Part shown: positions 13,360-25,721 of the stretch, piece after piece
How the letters are laid out: each line of letters begins with the position of its first letter
Position numbering within the stretch: position 1 is the stretch's first letter
Assembly (NCBI RefSeq): GCF_001194135.2
Contig: NC_068983.1
Span: 51,753,981-51,817,980 of the forward strand
From: Octopus bimaculoides
Taxonomy: Eukaryota
Direction of reading: 5' to 3'
Length of the DNA stretch: 64,000 nucleotides
Program-made: the position numbers and the translations under genes
Notes under the pieces: generated by a model
What the model was told of the DNA's origin: nothing
The model's input: the letters and a program-made list of their open reading frames with translations, nothing else
Databases searched by the model: none

Positions 13360-13849
13360 ACGACAACGACAACAGCATGTCGTGTGGCATCTCATCAGAA
13401 TAGAGAATACAGCCGATAGCATATCGATGTATGAACGTGTGTAAAAGAAACGTATTGCTATAGCGATTGATAACGTTCAAGGCAATTATTACTGATGACA
13501 TTACCATACTCATAAATAAACTACACCTTAAAGAGCGTGTTGATGAAGACAATTAATTGTCTCTTACTAATTGATCAATTTCAGGAAGTAATATAGGCAA
13601 ATTGTTAATGTTTAATATTTAGTATTTGGAGAGAATTCACACCCAAATTTCCCTATCTGATTATTTGTAACATGAAAGCATATCATTCCATTTTTGTTTT
13701 TTTAAATGTTACCTAATAATATTTTGTTTTCTAGTTCGGCAAATGAATCAACCTGCTCGTAAAAGCTTCTGTCAGATGCTATTTCATTATTCGTTGATTA
13801 TGTTTTACATTATACGATGGCTTTCCTCTTCAAAATTAACGGTTTTGGT

Positions 13850-14160
13850 AAGGCGGCGAGCTGGCAGAAACGTTAGCACGCCGGGCAAAATGCTTAGCGA
13901 TATTTCGTCTACCGTTATGTTCTGAGCTCAACTTCCGCCGAGGTCGACTTTGCCTTTCAGGGTTGATAAATTAAGTACCAATTACGCACTGGGATCGATG
14001 TAACCGACTTAATCCCTTTGTCATCACCCTTGAAAAAATGTTTGGCGGCATTTCCTCTGAGTTCAAATTCCGTTTTGGTTGGTTCTGTTTTTCAGGCTCG
14101 ATAAATTAAGTACCCTTTCCCTGAATTACAGGTCTTGTACCAAAATTTGAAACCTGTAAT
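13850..14160 (+). mobile_element. SINE family A copy (long-tail type, truncated) followed by a second degraded copy
   Basis: Head aggcggcgagctggcagaaacgttagcacgccggg, B-box-like gagctcaacttcc, core gtcgactttgcctttca...taagtacc; a second core and short tail at 14040-14160. Confidence 0.8.
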
Positions 14161-15039
14161 AATCCAATATCTAGCTTACTTCTAAATTATTATGTATTAA
14201 ATCCTGTGAAATATATTAACGTGGCTTTTGAGATTGTGACCGAAATTACCTCTGTTTATGCCGTTTAAAAACACGGAGAAATAAAGGAAACACTTTAAGA
14301 CTCGGGTAAAATCGATAACTAAAACAGCAAAGAAAAGGAATGGCGTTGCAAATATTCAACAAGAACTGAAGGAATTGACATATTTGTAAATACTTAACTA
14401 TAAAACTGAAATTATATTTAGCAATTTTATTGATTTGTGCCATGTCTATCTAACATTCCGTCATCTTTCGACTAAGGAGTGGCTACATTGAGAACCTCTG
14501 AGTCACATTAAATTTACTCGGTGAAAATAACACTCGCTTGTCTCACAATTAACATACGAATAAAATATATCTTTATTTTCCTCAAAAATGTTGAGTCTGA
14601 CAGTTTAATAACTTGACATTCTTTAATAAAATGACAGTTGAATTTTTATTTTCAAATAAAAAAAAAGCTGTTCTCATATAGCAACAATATAGAAGCTATG
14701 ATATTATATCTTGAGAACATAGAAAATATAGAAACGGAGTGTTTAAAAGATCGTCATATATAGGTCATTATATTTATGAGTGAACTGAATTTGTGCAGCT
14801 ACAGTAAATTCCTTCACTTTCAAAACAATATTAAAAATTCTATAAACCTTAGGAACAGGCTCCTTGCATAATTAAGACTTACATTGCAACCACGTGTTTC
14901 AGGCTTAGTCTTTCTGCACGAGTTNNNNNNNNNNTATATATATATGTATGTATACGAGAAGATGTTAAAGTTAAGGTTATAACTGTGTCATATAACATGA
15001 TCAACTGGATTGCTGGATGGTGATATGCATCGCTGGTCA

Positions 15040-15180
15040 CAATGCATTATTCTGGCTATGGAACCATGCCATCCTGCTGGCTAAGCGATCAGGCCGACGT
15101 TTCCCTCAATCGGAAGGCTACTCCGCTGTAGGATTAGACATTTACAGCTGAGTGGACTGGACCAATGCGAGGTGAGTGTA
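15040..15180 (-). mobile_element. SINE family B fragment
   Basis: acagctgagtggactggaccaatg resembles gttgagtgaactgcagcaatgtg of the copy at 15835-16035. Confidence 0.4.
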
Positions 15181-15209
15181 TAAGTATAGTTGCGTGTGTG
15201 TGCGTGCCC

Positions 15210-15405
15210 GTGTGTCTTTGTATCACCGCTTGAAATACGGTGTTGGTTTATTTACCCCTCCGGACCTTAGATCTTCACAACGTGATCGATAGAATAAGTA
15301 CCAGCTTATGAAATAAATATAAACACTGGAGTTAAAATGTTCGACTAAAACCCTTCAAAATGATGTCCCAGCATGGCCGCACTCCAATGAGTCTAAGAAA
15401 AGGAA
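15210..15405 (+). mobile_element. SINE family C, 3' module (diverged)
   Basis: accgcttga...gatagaataagtacc...ccagcatggccgca. Confidence 0.65.
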
Positions 15406-15504
15406 AACAACTTATAAAAGATAATCGGGTGGATATTAATAGATAAAACACAATAATATGAACAGTAGATAAATCAATAGATCTGTACCACATACATTAA
15501 TATT

Positions 15505-15637
15505 AATATCAAATTTTGGCACAAGGCCAGCCAGTTTGTTAAGGGGAGCAAGTCGATCACAGCGACTCCTGTGCTTAACTTGGGTCGATGAGAGTATGAA
15601 AGACAAATTCCACCTCGGCGGAATTTGAACGCAGATC
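15505..15637 (-). mobile_element. SINE family A, 5'-truncated, short tail
   Basis: caaattttggcacaaggcc tail; cctcggcggaatttgaac B-box region. Confidence 0.7.
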
Positions 15638-15834
15638 ATAATAATGTCTGACGATATTAGATTAATATCAATACTGAAATGAAGGATTTAGAATACAAAT
15701 GACGTTGGTTTTATAAAGGAGCTGTCATTAATGAAGATAGGATTGCACCTACAAAGTTAGCCTCTTAGGAACAAGTCCGAGCAAATTTATTTATGGATGA
15801 GTAACAGTTGCACATGCATGCAAGCCTCCTATCT

Positions 15835-16035
15835 CCACGCCACCAATGTTTTCCAAGGGAAAGCAAAGGCTAATATAGCTTGGCATCAGTGACGTCGTAA
15901 CTCATTTCTAGAGTTGAGTGAACTGCAGCAATGTGAAATAAAGTCTCAAGAGTACAACTTTCAGCCCGGTCCAGGAATCGAATACACTAGCGCATGATTT
16001 TGATCCCGAAGCTCTGAACACTAAACCATCCGCTT
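15835..16035 (-). mobile_element. SINE family B
   Basis: Reverse complement has a tRNA-like head (tttagtgttcagagc...ttcgattcctggaccggg) followed by ttgagactttatttcacattgctg. Confidence 0.65.
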
Positions 16036-16072
16036 AGTCTTATATTAATATTAATATTTATTTAGCTAAAAT

Positions 16073-16515
16073 AAGGCGGTGAGCTGACAGAAACGTTAGC
16101 ACGCCGGGCGAAATGTTTAGCGGTATTTCGTCTGCCGCTATGTTCTGAGTTGAAATTCCACCGAGGTCGACTATGCCTTTCATCCTTTCGGAGTCGATTA
16201 AATAAGTACCAGTGACGCACTGGAGTCGATAAAATCGACTTAATCCGTTTGTCTGTCCTTGTTTGTCCCCTTTGTGTATAGCTCCTTGTGGGCAATAAAG
16301 AAATAAGAAACGTTAGCACGCCGGGCGGAATGCTTAGCGGTATTTTGTCTATCTTTACGTTCTCAATTCATATTGTCTATTTTCACGTTCTCAATGCGTA
16401 TTACCTTTCATCATTTCAGGGTCGATAAATTAAGTACCAATTGCGTACTGAGATCGATCTAATCAACTGCTCCCCCCCACAAAAAAAAATAGAGTATTGT
16501 GCGTAGAGTAGAAAA
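16073..16515 (+). mobile_element. SINE family A dimer (long-tail copy 16073-16307 fused to a short-tail copy 16308-16515)
   Basis: Full head, core and long tail (tttgtcccctttgtgtatagctccttgtgggcaataaagaaataag), followed immediately by aaacgttagcacgccggg and a second core. Confidence 0.85.
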
Positions 16516-17487
16516 TAATGTTTATATAATAAAAATGAATATCCGCAGAAAAAAGAGAATTATTCTATGCATATTCAGAAATAAAACAACCGAATTGTAA
16601 TGATGTATTTTTTGCAACACTGACATTTAATCACTTCTTTTGAATTAGTGAGGCTTCACTACCAGTTTATTTTACAGTGACGTTTTATTAGTACTTACTT
16701 ATTCGTGGTCTCATTTAACATTTCTGGAGATTACTATTTGTATCATATCTCCATAACAATACGATTGTATTAACTGGATAAGAAAGTGAATGCTGTTTCC
16801 TCATCTAATAATTTACTTCCAGTTCACAATGCATCTATTAATGCAAGTTCATTGACTATACATATGTACATATATATATNNNNNNNNNNNNNNNNNNNNN
16901 NNNNNNNNNNNNNAATAAATTTGCCATACTGTCACCACCACAAGTAGTTCAACGTTATTAATAAACTATTCTCTATACTAGAATCAAAAATGAATCTATT
17001 AGTGATTCAATATGCACTATAGTACAAAATGGGGCCTGCAAATGTCAGATCAGTTCGCTAAGTTTTAATGCCAAAGGCTAGGCTCTGTAAGAAAATTGAG
17101 TAATGACAGAAAGAGAGACGTAGTTTGTGCGCGCTGCATATTTGTGTGAAAGTGCGTGCGTGCGTGTGTGATTATGCATGTATGTATGTGTATATGTGGG
17201 TATGTATGTGTGTATGTATGTACGTATGAATGTATGTATGTATATATGTATGTGTTCGCGCGCGGGAAAATTAGATTAGTGTGAAGTTTCGAGACTGTAC
17301 GTTCGTCAGATTTTTTGATTCAAAGACCAGAATATTTTCTCGTTACAAGGGAAGCCTTTCCAGGAATACATAAATATAAGAGCAGCGTGGATCAATTAAC
17401 AAGTTGAAAAGCTCTGTTCGCCTATGACATCTACAAAATCCAAACAATTTTAAAAGTCGAATCAAAAGAAGTATCCTCAGGGAACTT

Positions 17488-17543
17488 ATGGATGAAGTAA
17501 TACAAGCGTATCGTAGAGACGAGATGCTTCTAAGCAATACGGA
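17488..17543 (+). CDS. Candidate exon (MDEVIQAYRRDEMLLSNT), unidentified
   Basis: Consensus donor gtaagt at 17544; joins in frame to 17964-18042. No homology recognised. Confidence 0.22.
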
Positions 17544-17963
17544 GTAAGTCGTATTGCAGAAACATTTAGTTGTAATGGTTATTTATCACTAAACGCTCAG
17601 GGACTAGAAATAAGTCCCGTTTAACAAATAAAATTTCTATTTGTTTCTAAATATCTGGTATGTTATGTCATTAATAGTAAAGCAAGTACTATGTAATTAT
17701 TATGATTTAGGATCGTAAAAGGGCAATATCTTTTAACTGGATTGTGCAAAATATGAGGTTGAAAGTACATATTAATGTCCAAGATATTGTGAGACTTTTT
17801 CTAAAGTAATCTTCATTTAACATTGTATGGAAAGAATGTGATACTCTTTATTTGGAACCTTACTCTATTAAGATGTTATCAATATATTTTTAATATGTTA
17901 TCGATATATTGTTAATATGGTATCAATATATTTTTCAAAAAACATTGGAATTTTATATTTCAG

Positions 17964-18042
17964 GAAAATTGAAGAACGGAGAAAATTGGTGTGGCTCATG
18001 AAATATATCTCTAATGCTTTGCCCATATCAAACTCGGATTAA
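17964..18042 (+). CDS. Candidate exon (EKIEERRKLVWLMKYISNALPISNSD*), unidentified
   Basis: Acceptor ttttatatttcag; phase 2 matches the upstream candidate. Confidence 0.22.
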
Positions 18043-18991
18043 ACTGGTGTGCAACTGCATTCGAAATAGATCAACATTGCAATATAAAAAGTAATTGAAT
18101 TTTAAGTTCGAAGGAGATGCACTAAAATATGCACATTACTATAAAAATATTTGAAATATCCGATGCACTTTAGTTGCACAGGCACACAATAAAATATGAA
18201 TGCAGAATATTTATATTTTAATATTCTGTGAAAGGTATTATCAGATTTCAGCTATAGTCAACAATGATTCATTTCAACAGAGAAAGAAAATGACAGTAGA
18301 ATGTAAAATATATATAAGGTGCAGATATAGGGCTCCATGAATATTGCAAGAGAGTAAATCATTATTTCTACACTGTTGGTATATTTCTAAAGCTATTATT
18401 TCCTACTCGAAGGTTGCTACCGTGTTTTAATTTGGGTACATGAAGAGTTAATGGGGGTAGATATTGGCTCTAAATCGTGCTCCATATATTTCTTATGATA
18501 GTAATACTAACAAAAATGCTACGTGCATCAGGAAAAGAATATCGCTCATCATGAATCAAGAACGTGAAAATAGAAGTCACAAGTGTATTACAAATGCAAG
18601 GTGCTGTTGTCAATAAGAGACGCTTGTGGCAAAAACCATCTTTAGACCGACAATGATGGCGTCATGAAGACTCACTAGCCTTTACACTGAAGCCTGAAAA
18701 TAGACTGTATTTGCTACATCTACTAACATTCTGCATCACTTGGGATGTACTTCTACATGTAGCCAACAAATTGGTTGTATCCTCTGCGATACATTACCTT
18801 AGTTCCTGAAATATGGATGGTTCATTGTCGCTTGTATCGAGCATTTTCGAGATGTAATCCGAGTTCAATAGAATACTTTTCCTCTTTTCATTTTCCTTTA
18901 AGCTCTGAAGTGTCACTCATACGCCTTGGACTCAGCTCGTCGATAACATTTATGCTATGAAAGTTCTATATTTAAGAGATGAGGAATAATG

Positions 18992-19138
18992 TACATTATT
19001 TACATGATTTACATTTGACGGATATTTGTCCTCATCCAGTTTATTGCTAATGATATATGATATCAGCCTAAACGTTGTGTTAATAACAAACAAGATGAGG
19101 ACAAATATCCGTCAAATGTAAATAATGTAAATAATGTA
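18992..19138. repeat. Long inverted repeat (about 45-bp arms, 2 mismatches)
   Basis: tacattatttacatgatttacatttgacggatatttgtcctcatc ... gatgaggacaaatatccgtcaaatgtaaataatgtaaataatgta. Confidence 0.9.
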
Positions 19139-19230
19139 AATTTATGTTATGAATTAAAAAAGACAATAAGAGGCATTTAAAATCAGTAGAATATAAAATA
19201 CATCGAACTATCAGTGAAATAATTATTGCA

Positions 19231-19365
19231 TTCAAATTTTGGCGCAAGGCCAGTAAGTTAGGAGTAGGGGGCCTAGTTGATTACATCGACTACAACACTT
19301 GGCTGGTACTTATTTTATCGACCTCAAAAGGCAAAAATCGACCCCGGTGATATTTGAAATCAGAA
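19231..19365 (-). mobile_element. SINE family A, truncated, short tail
   Basis: caaattttggcgcaaggcc...gattacatcgac...ctggtacttattttatcgacc. Confidence 0.7.
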
Positions 19366-19721
19366 AGCCGTGAAAGAATTATTAACAAAAGAAAAGTAAC
19401 TTGAATGATTGTGATTAAGTGTTTGTGTAGTTCTTAAACTTGTATCAAATAATTTGATGAGCATTTCCATAAACACAATAAATTGTCAATTTCTCATAAA
19501 GTCCAGGCATTAATTTTAATAATGTTCCCACTGTCAACACATCTCTTTTCTTAATTTAAAATATCTTGTTATGCACGTTTTGCTCTACACTACATCGAGG
19601 TGTTCTTGCAGGTATGTATTTTTTTTTTTTAGTATAATATTTCCTAGGAAAACAATATGGAAACAAGGCTAGACCGTTAATAGTGACCAATGAAACTTCT
19701 AATTGTTCAATGTAAAGGCTA

Positions 19722-19724
<3 letters not shown>

Positions 19725-19798
<74 letters not shown>
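19725..19798. repeat. (AG)n microsatellite
   Basis: Directly visible. Confidence 0.95.
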
Positions 19799-19802
<4 letters not shown>

Positions 19803-21065
19803 GTTGGGAAGAAATTCAGAAAACAATCATCATCAAACTCTGACTGGTACATTATTTTCCAGACTAATGACAGCCAAATTAACTTTGTCACGAATTGCAC
19901 AATACGGGGCAAAAAACAAATAACACTAAGTATTCTGTCCAACGTCGCAATACTTTGTGTTATTGCTTGACGTTAGCGTTAGAAAAATTACTGTCAATTT
20001 GTAGCTCATCACACGGAAAGACTTATAAACACAGTAAACAGTTAGAATCATAGATTTACGGGGCTGTTTCAAATATTAACCAAGATGATATGTTTGTCAT
20101 GTATTTCAAACTGATGTACTTTGCATTATATATGTGATCTAATAGGGAATGAGATTGGCAATTGTCACATAAGTTAGGGAGAAACAGTCTAAAATAAGTA
20201 GAAGTAGCGTCTAGAATAAGTTAAAGTAGTGACGTCTAGAACAGTTTGCGGGAAGGTGTCAATTGTAAATGTCAAGATGTGTAAAATTTGACAAATTGTT
20301 AAGGGTGTATAGGAAATAAATTGCGAAAGGAAAAGCACCCATAAGATGTGTATCATGATGTACTATAAGATATATGATTGGTATCGTTGTGGTATGGATA
20401 TTAAAAATGTTTAATTCTAGAATAAAGAATGTGAATATAACGGCACTGAATGGCTGAGATAAAGAGTAGAGATAACTTGGTATACTATGGTGAATTATCT
20501 TGGTAGCTTTGATGAAATATGGAAATGTAAAGGGAAGTAATTAAAGAGCTGTGAAATTGTTATAGATAACATGAAGAACTTCAACGATAATATGATAAAC
20601 GGAAACACATTATTTAGAAATGGATTTGATAGAAATGATGTTGATGAAATATCAGCGTGACAGAATATTTGAGTTAAAAAATTATTAAAGACATTGTTCC
20701 TCATTCTAGAAGAAATCATAAAGGAATGTAATGAAGAAACAGCATGGAGGATTCGTTATAGAAAAGGAGTATGAATGTATTCAAATTAATATAACACGTT
20801 CTTGTAACAAATTACATATGGAAATGATAATAATATTTCTATTTTCATTATAAATTATTTCAAGGAAATGTAAGTAAGTCCTCCTCTTTGTGTCCATAGT
20901 TTTCAAGATTTTTATTAAATATGCTTTACAAGTTTATTTGAAATTAGTATATTTCTACATTCTATTTTAATCTCTAACTCACATTATATAGTATCACATA
21001 GTATTACTGACGTCTGTTTTTCTTAGCCGAATAAAAAAAAAATTAAAAAGAAAGCATGTTTATTA

Positions 21066-22095
21066 TTAGGTCGTGAAATATGAGATTTGTAGAAAAGATA
21101 AAAGTAGTTTGCTAAGTTTTATAAATACAAGGAATAATTTTATTCATCAAAGTATGCATTCATATTGTCAATACACTTTTGCCATTTCAGTGGTAGCTTG
21201 TCCAACCCGTAACTGAAAAAGCCTGGCAATCTAGAGACAATGAATTCTTGGAAGGTCTGCTTTACAGCATCATTGTAATTAAGTTCTTTTTCTAACTAAA
21301 AGTCATCCAAATTCTAGAAGAAAAGGTAGTCAGTGGGGACAAGATCACGTGAGTATGGGGGATGATGGAGAGCTTCCAACTCCGACTCCTATAGTTTCGC
21401 CAATATCATTTTTGTGATGTGTGGCCTGGCGTTTTCTTGCAATAAAATAGGGGTGGATCTGTTGACTAATCTAGGCTGATTTTGGTAAGTTTCTGCATCA
21501 TTTGGTTCAGTTAGCTGCAGTATACTTTGGCCGCGATTGATGAGCCAGGTTTGATGAAATCATGATGGATCACACCTGCGCCAGACAACCAAACACACAC
21601 CATCAGTTACTTTTGATGAATTTTGATTTTTGGACTGTGTTTTGGTGGTTCGTCTTTGTCCAACTATTGTGCCGAACGTTTACGGTTCTTGTATTGGATC
21701 CATATCTCATCACGTTACAATTCGATTAAAAAATTATTCATTTTTGCAACGAGAAACGCAGGCTTCCAAACGTTACTGCTTCTGATTTTCATTGAGTTCA
21801 TGTGGAACCTACTTATCCAACTTTTTCATTTTAACGATTTGAACTAGGTGAGTCGATACTGCTTGCTTGCCAACACCAAACAACAACGATAATTCAAAGG
21901 CAATTTGAGATGGATCTGACTCGACGGTGTCTTTCACTTCGTCAGTATCCACCTTTGTTTCTGGTTGACCACGTTCCTCATTTGTGAGGTCACCAATTTA
22001 ATACTGTCTGCTATGTAATAACATTACAATGAAATGCTCCATTAATATTCCGAACTGTCTATGATGCTGTATTTCCAAGAATCATTCTGTCAGTT
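21066..22095 (-). pseudogene. Nearly full-length mariner transposase fossil with probable 3' TIR
   Basis: Pieces: LGNTAS*TVRNINGAF, LTNEERGQPETKVD, K*VPHELNENQK (WVPHEL), RIVT-DEIWI, LMVCVWLSGAGVIHHDFIKPG, ILLQENARPH, HPPYSRDLVPTDY, LPLKWQKCIDNMNAYFDE* (stop 21140-21142). TA followed by ttaggtc at 21064-21072 resembles a mariner TIR start. Many stops. Confidence 0.92.
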
Positions 22096-22117
22096 CGCTG
22101 CTTTAAATGATAACAAT

Positions 22118-22328
22118 AATCCTCTCTACGATAGGCACAAGGCCTGAAATTTGGGTGATGGAGAGTAGTCGATTACATCGACCCCGGTGTTTCACTAGTA
22201 CTTAATTCATCGATCACCAAAGGATGAAAGGCAAAGTGTACCTTGGCGGAATTTCAACTCAAATATCGCTAATTATTTAGTCCAACGTGCTAACAATTCT
22301 GATAGCTTGCCGCCTTCTTAATAATAAC

Positions 22329-22360
<32 letters not shown>

Positions 22361-23070
22361 CAACAATAATAATCATAGGAGTTTCAAATGTTGGACCAAG
22401 GTAAGTAGTTTCCGTAAAACATTGGAGTATATTACAACGACCCCAGAGCTGCACTGATTGTTACCTTATCAACCCAGAACGGATGAAAGGCATGTTGACC
22501 TTGGCTGAATTTGAACTCTGAACGTAAAGACGGACGAAATGCCGCTACGCATTTTTGCTTGGCCTGCTATCGACTCTGACAACTTGCCACCTTCATAAAA
22601 TTAGAAGAAGAAGAAGAAGAAGAAGAAGAAGAAGAAGAAGAAGAAGAAGAAGAAGAAGAAGAAGAAGAAGAAGAAGAAGAAGAAGAAGAAGAAGAGACAA
22701 AGCCTGCAATTTTCGGGGAGGGGACAATTCGATTATATCAACCCCAGTATTTGAACAGAAGTTATTACACCGACCCCGAAGAGATATAAGGCAAAGTCAA
22801 CCTCGGAGGAATTCGACCGCAGTTCGTAAAGACTGAAGAAATGCCACTAAGCATATTGTTCCGCGTGCTAACGATTCTTCCAGCTCAGCGCATTCATAAT
22901 AATTATAATCCTTTCTACTATAGGTAGAAGACCCGGATTTTGTGGGGAAATGGGGGCAGCAATCGATCGCATCGACCCCAGTACTGAACTGAATCTTAAT
23001 TGATTGACCCCCCGAAAGGATGTAAGATAAAGTCGACCTCAGCGGAATTTAAACTCGGAACTTAAGAACG
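22118..23070 (-). mobile_element. Four tandem SINE family A copies (22118-22316, 22378-22593, 22694-22892, 22905-23070) with intervening microsatellites
   Basis: Each carries the core (ggatgaaaggcaaagt or variant) and cggaattt; separated by (AAT)n 22319-22375 and (GAA)n 22603-22693. Confidence 0.85.
22603..22693. repeat. (GAA)n microsatellite
   Basis: Directly visible; produces the poly-R ORF 22555-22836. Confidence 0.95.
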
Positions 23071-23125
23071 AACCAATTGCTCACCGTCTTGATAATAATA
23101 ATAATAATAATAATAATATAATGAT

Positions 23126-23565
23126 ATTAATCTTTTTATTGGCAACAAGGGCCGATCTAAAAAAAAAAAGGGATGAAAGGACAAATTGGGCTGAGTAAAA
23201 TGTATCCAGTATAGAAAATAAAAGAATAAGAATTGACAACAAATATCAACAATAAAATTCTCCAAAGGGCGGAATTCCACCCAGGGACAACCAAAGAATC
23301 CTTCACACACTTCTTACCCCGATCGCCAGGTACACCTGAGCTGTTTCCCCTCTCCGTCTCAACTCCTCTAGTTTACAAGCGTATTTTCAGAATAGGCCCA
23401 CCCACATTTGCTGTCCTCGCTATATTCACTCATCTTTCAAACAAAAGTACTGAGCCATAGTACTTCCTCTCCACTCTTACTCTCCTTTTCAAGTGGAACT
23501 TCATAAAGTTGATGAGGACTTGACTAAGGAGAAAAGTGTATTTCACCATAGCTAGCAGACAGAGG
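23126..23565 (-). mobile_element. Diverged Tx1/L1-type LINE 3' end
   Basis: QVLINFMKFHLKRRVRVERKYYGSVLLFER*VNIARTANVGGPILKIRL* aligns with QSLINFFKYHLKRKVRIERQFLSRESFIKRWVNVAK at 63407-63916; 3' end ggcccttgttgccaataaaaaga abuts (ATT)n. Confidence 0.8.
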
Positions 23566-25721
23566 AAAACTGCGATTATAATAATATTAATAATGGTAAC
23601 GATATAATGGACATAGTCTCTCTGGTCTTTTGTGCGTTCTGTTGGTAAGAGAGATCAATAATTATGAAACATTGCAATGCTAATAGTTAACATATTTGAT
23701 TTCATGGACAAATTGCGGATGCTCTCTGTTTGCAAGTTGTCAATGTTTGTAAATAACAAAAGAACAATTAGAATCCCTTGACTCTGCCAGATGCATCTTT
23801 GTTTCCAAACATTTACTGTCCACGACAAATTGGATATTTGCCGTACATAGTTCATTAGTTCTCAGTCCTGGGTTTAATACGTCATATTCGTCTCGAGAAA
23901 CTAAGCCTAGGTTTATGCTCGAATTGAAGAGAGTATGAATATTTCTTTAGTCTTCATAACCATACTGTTTAAAGAGTTAATAGATAACGCACTTGCTTAT
24001 ATCATTTTAAGCCAGTACAAACTAAATCAATATTTATATGAATAAAAGGCATTAGAAGTTCAAAGATGTATTGCTGCGAAGCAAATTGTGGAAAACAAAC
24101 TTTATATCACATTAAATTGTGAGTGTATGTGAATTTGTAGAAAAACATAAAAGAAGTGAAACCATTTTCACAGAAAACATCGATGATATTTGCGCCTGTG
24201 TTACATTGAGCAAACAAATTATAACGTACGATTACTTAGAAATCATAAAATAACCTAATATTGGAGTCTTTCGAAATTATGAGCAAGTGACAAACACAAT
24301 AATGTTAACAGAACTTACTTGCACTACGTTAAATATTATATAGTTCCTGCGCATTGTTACGATAACCAATTTATGTGAACAAATGCCCGATTTGAAAGAA
24401 CAATCAATTTTCATGAAAACAATACACTACAATATAAGAAATATTTTCGCTCTGGGGCACCTTGACCATCCAAGAGGATCGCAATGCGGAGAGAATGCAG
24501 CAAAGGAGTCATTCCCAGGATCATTATATGGATGCAGCCTAGAACCCTAAGGGAGGAGGAGGTAAGCGTGGAAACACTAACATGAATGAGACCTAATGTG
24601 AAGGCCTCCTGCTGCTCACTTCTTCCTAGAGTTTCTTTCTACTGAACAAGAGGGATATAATATTGTACATACTCTATGTTTGATACAATATTAAACTATT
24701 AGGGCTTAAATTCTTCTGGAGAATATGAGCCAATGTGATCATAGCTGATTTGGACTCGTAAATAAAGGAATGAATACAATTAGACAGAGCAACCCCGCTA
24801 ACCAAGTAGCTATCAGATAGTAACAGGAATATCCTTATTTGGTTTGGCGTTCATCGAATTCTAACATCTCAGTGTCATGACATATTGAAACTGGCTGACA
24901 AATCGTGCAGTTCTTAAGGAATAGGAAGATCATCCGCCATGTTAATGGTTAATGATTCCACGAGAAAATATCCCGAGACAGAATCCTTACAAATTTATAA
25001 CTAGCTTCAGTCACGATACACTAGCTAATTGTTAACCCTATGCCCTAAACACACATCATACTCACAGCCTTCTCTCTCCCAATAATTTACAAACCCAACA
25101 CTTGCCGACATATAACATCTAATGCTTTTGTTTCTACACTTCTGATGATTCCACAAATAAATGTAATGGTATATGGGGCAGATGAAACCTAATTACAGTA
25201 ACTCGTGAGCAGAAGCACCCTAGCTCATCAAATCTACTACAGGAATCCATAACGCATAATAATGTATATTGATAACTGAATTGGGGTAAGATCACATAGC
25301 AAAGATCAACTCATATTCTTCATATAATTTCTAAATAATTTCCATCGTGCACCAATATTCAAAAACGTCACCTTTCCTTCTAGCAACTACCGAGACATTT
25401 CTCTTTATTGTCACTGTCCATCACTCGGCATCTATCTATGACAACTTACATTCTTATCTCATTGTTAACTGAACAGTTATTCGTTACACAACAGTGCCAT
25501 GAAATTATCCATTTCCTTCCCACAATTCATTTGGTTCGTCCGCTTCAGCAACAAAGACAGCGCTAGCATTCTAAGTAGCAGCGAATTGAACACGCCTCAG
25601 CTCAGGCAAATGGACACTGTCCAAGCGGATTGCACTACATCGTCCGTGCTTTATTATTCACGTTATACACTCACTCGTCCGATGTACGAATCCCGTTACC
25701 CTTACATTCTTAATCACAGAT

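Noticed and set aside
17873-17935. 22-bp tandem repeat, about 3 copies
   Set aside because: Ordinary AT-rich minisatellite with no unique spacers; not CRISPR-like.
24700-25450. Possible very old minus-strand LINE RT remnant (MADDL resembling YADD)
   Set aside because: Only one weak motif; not enough to call.
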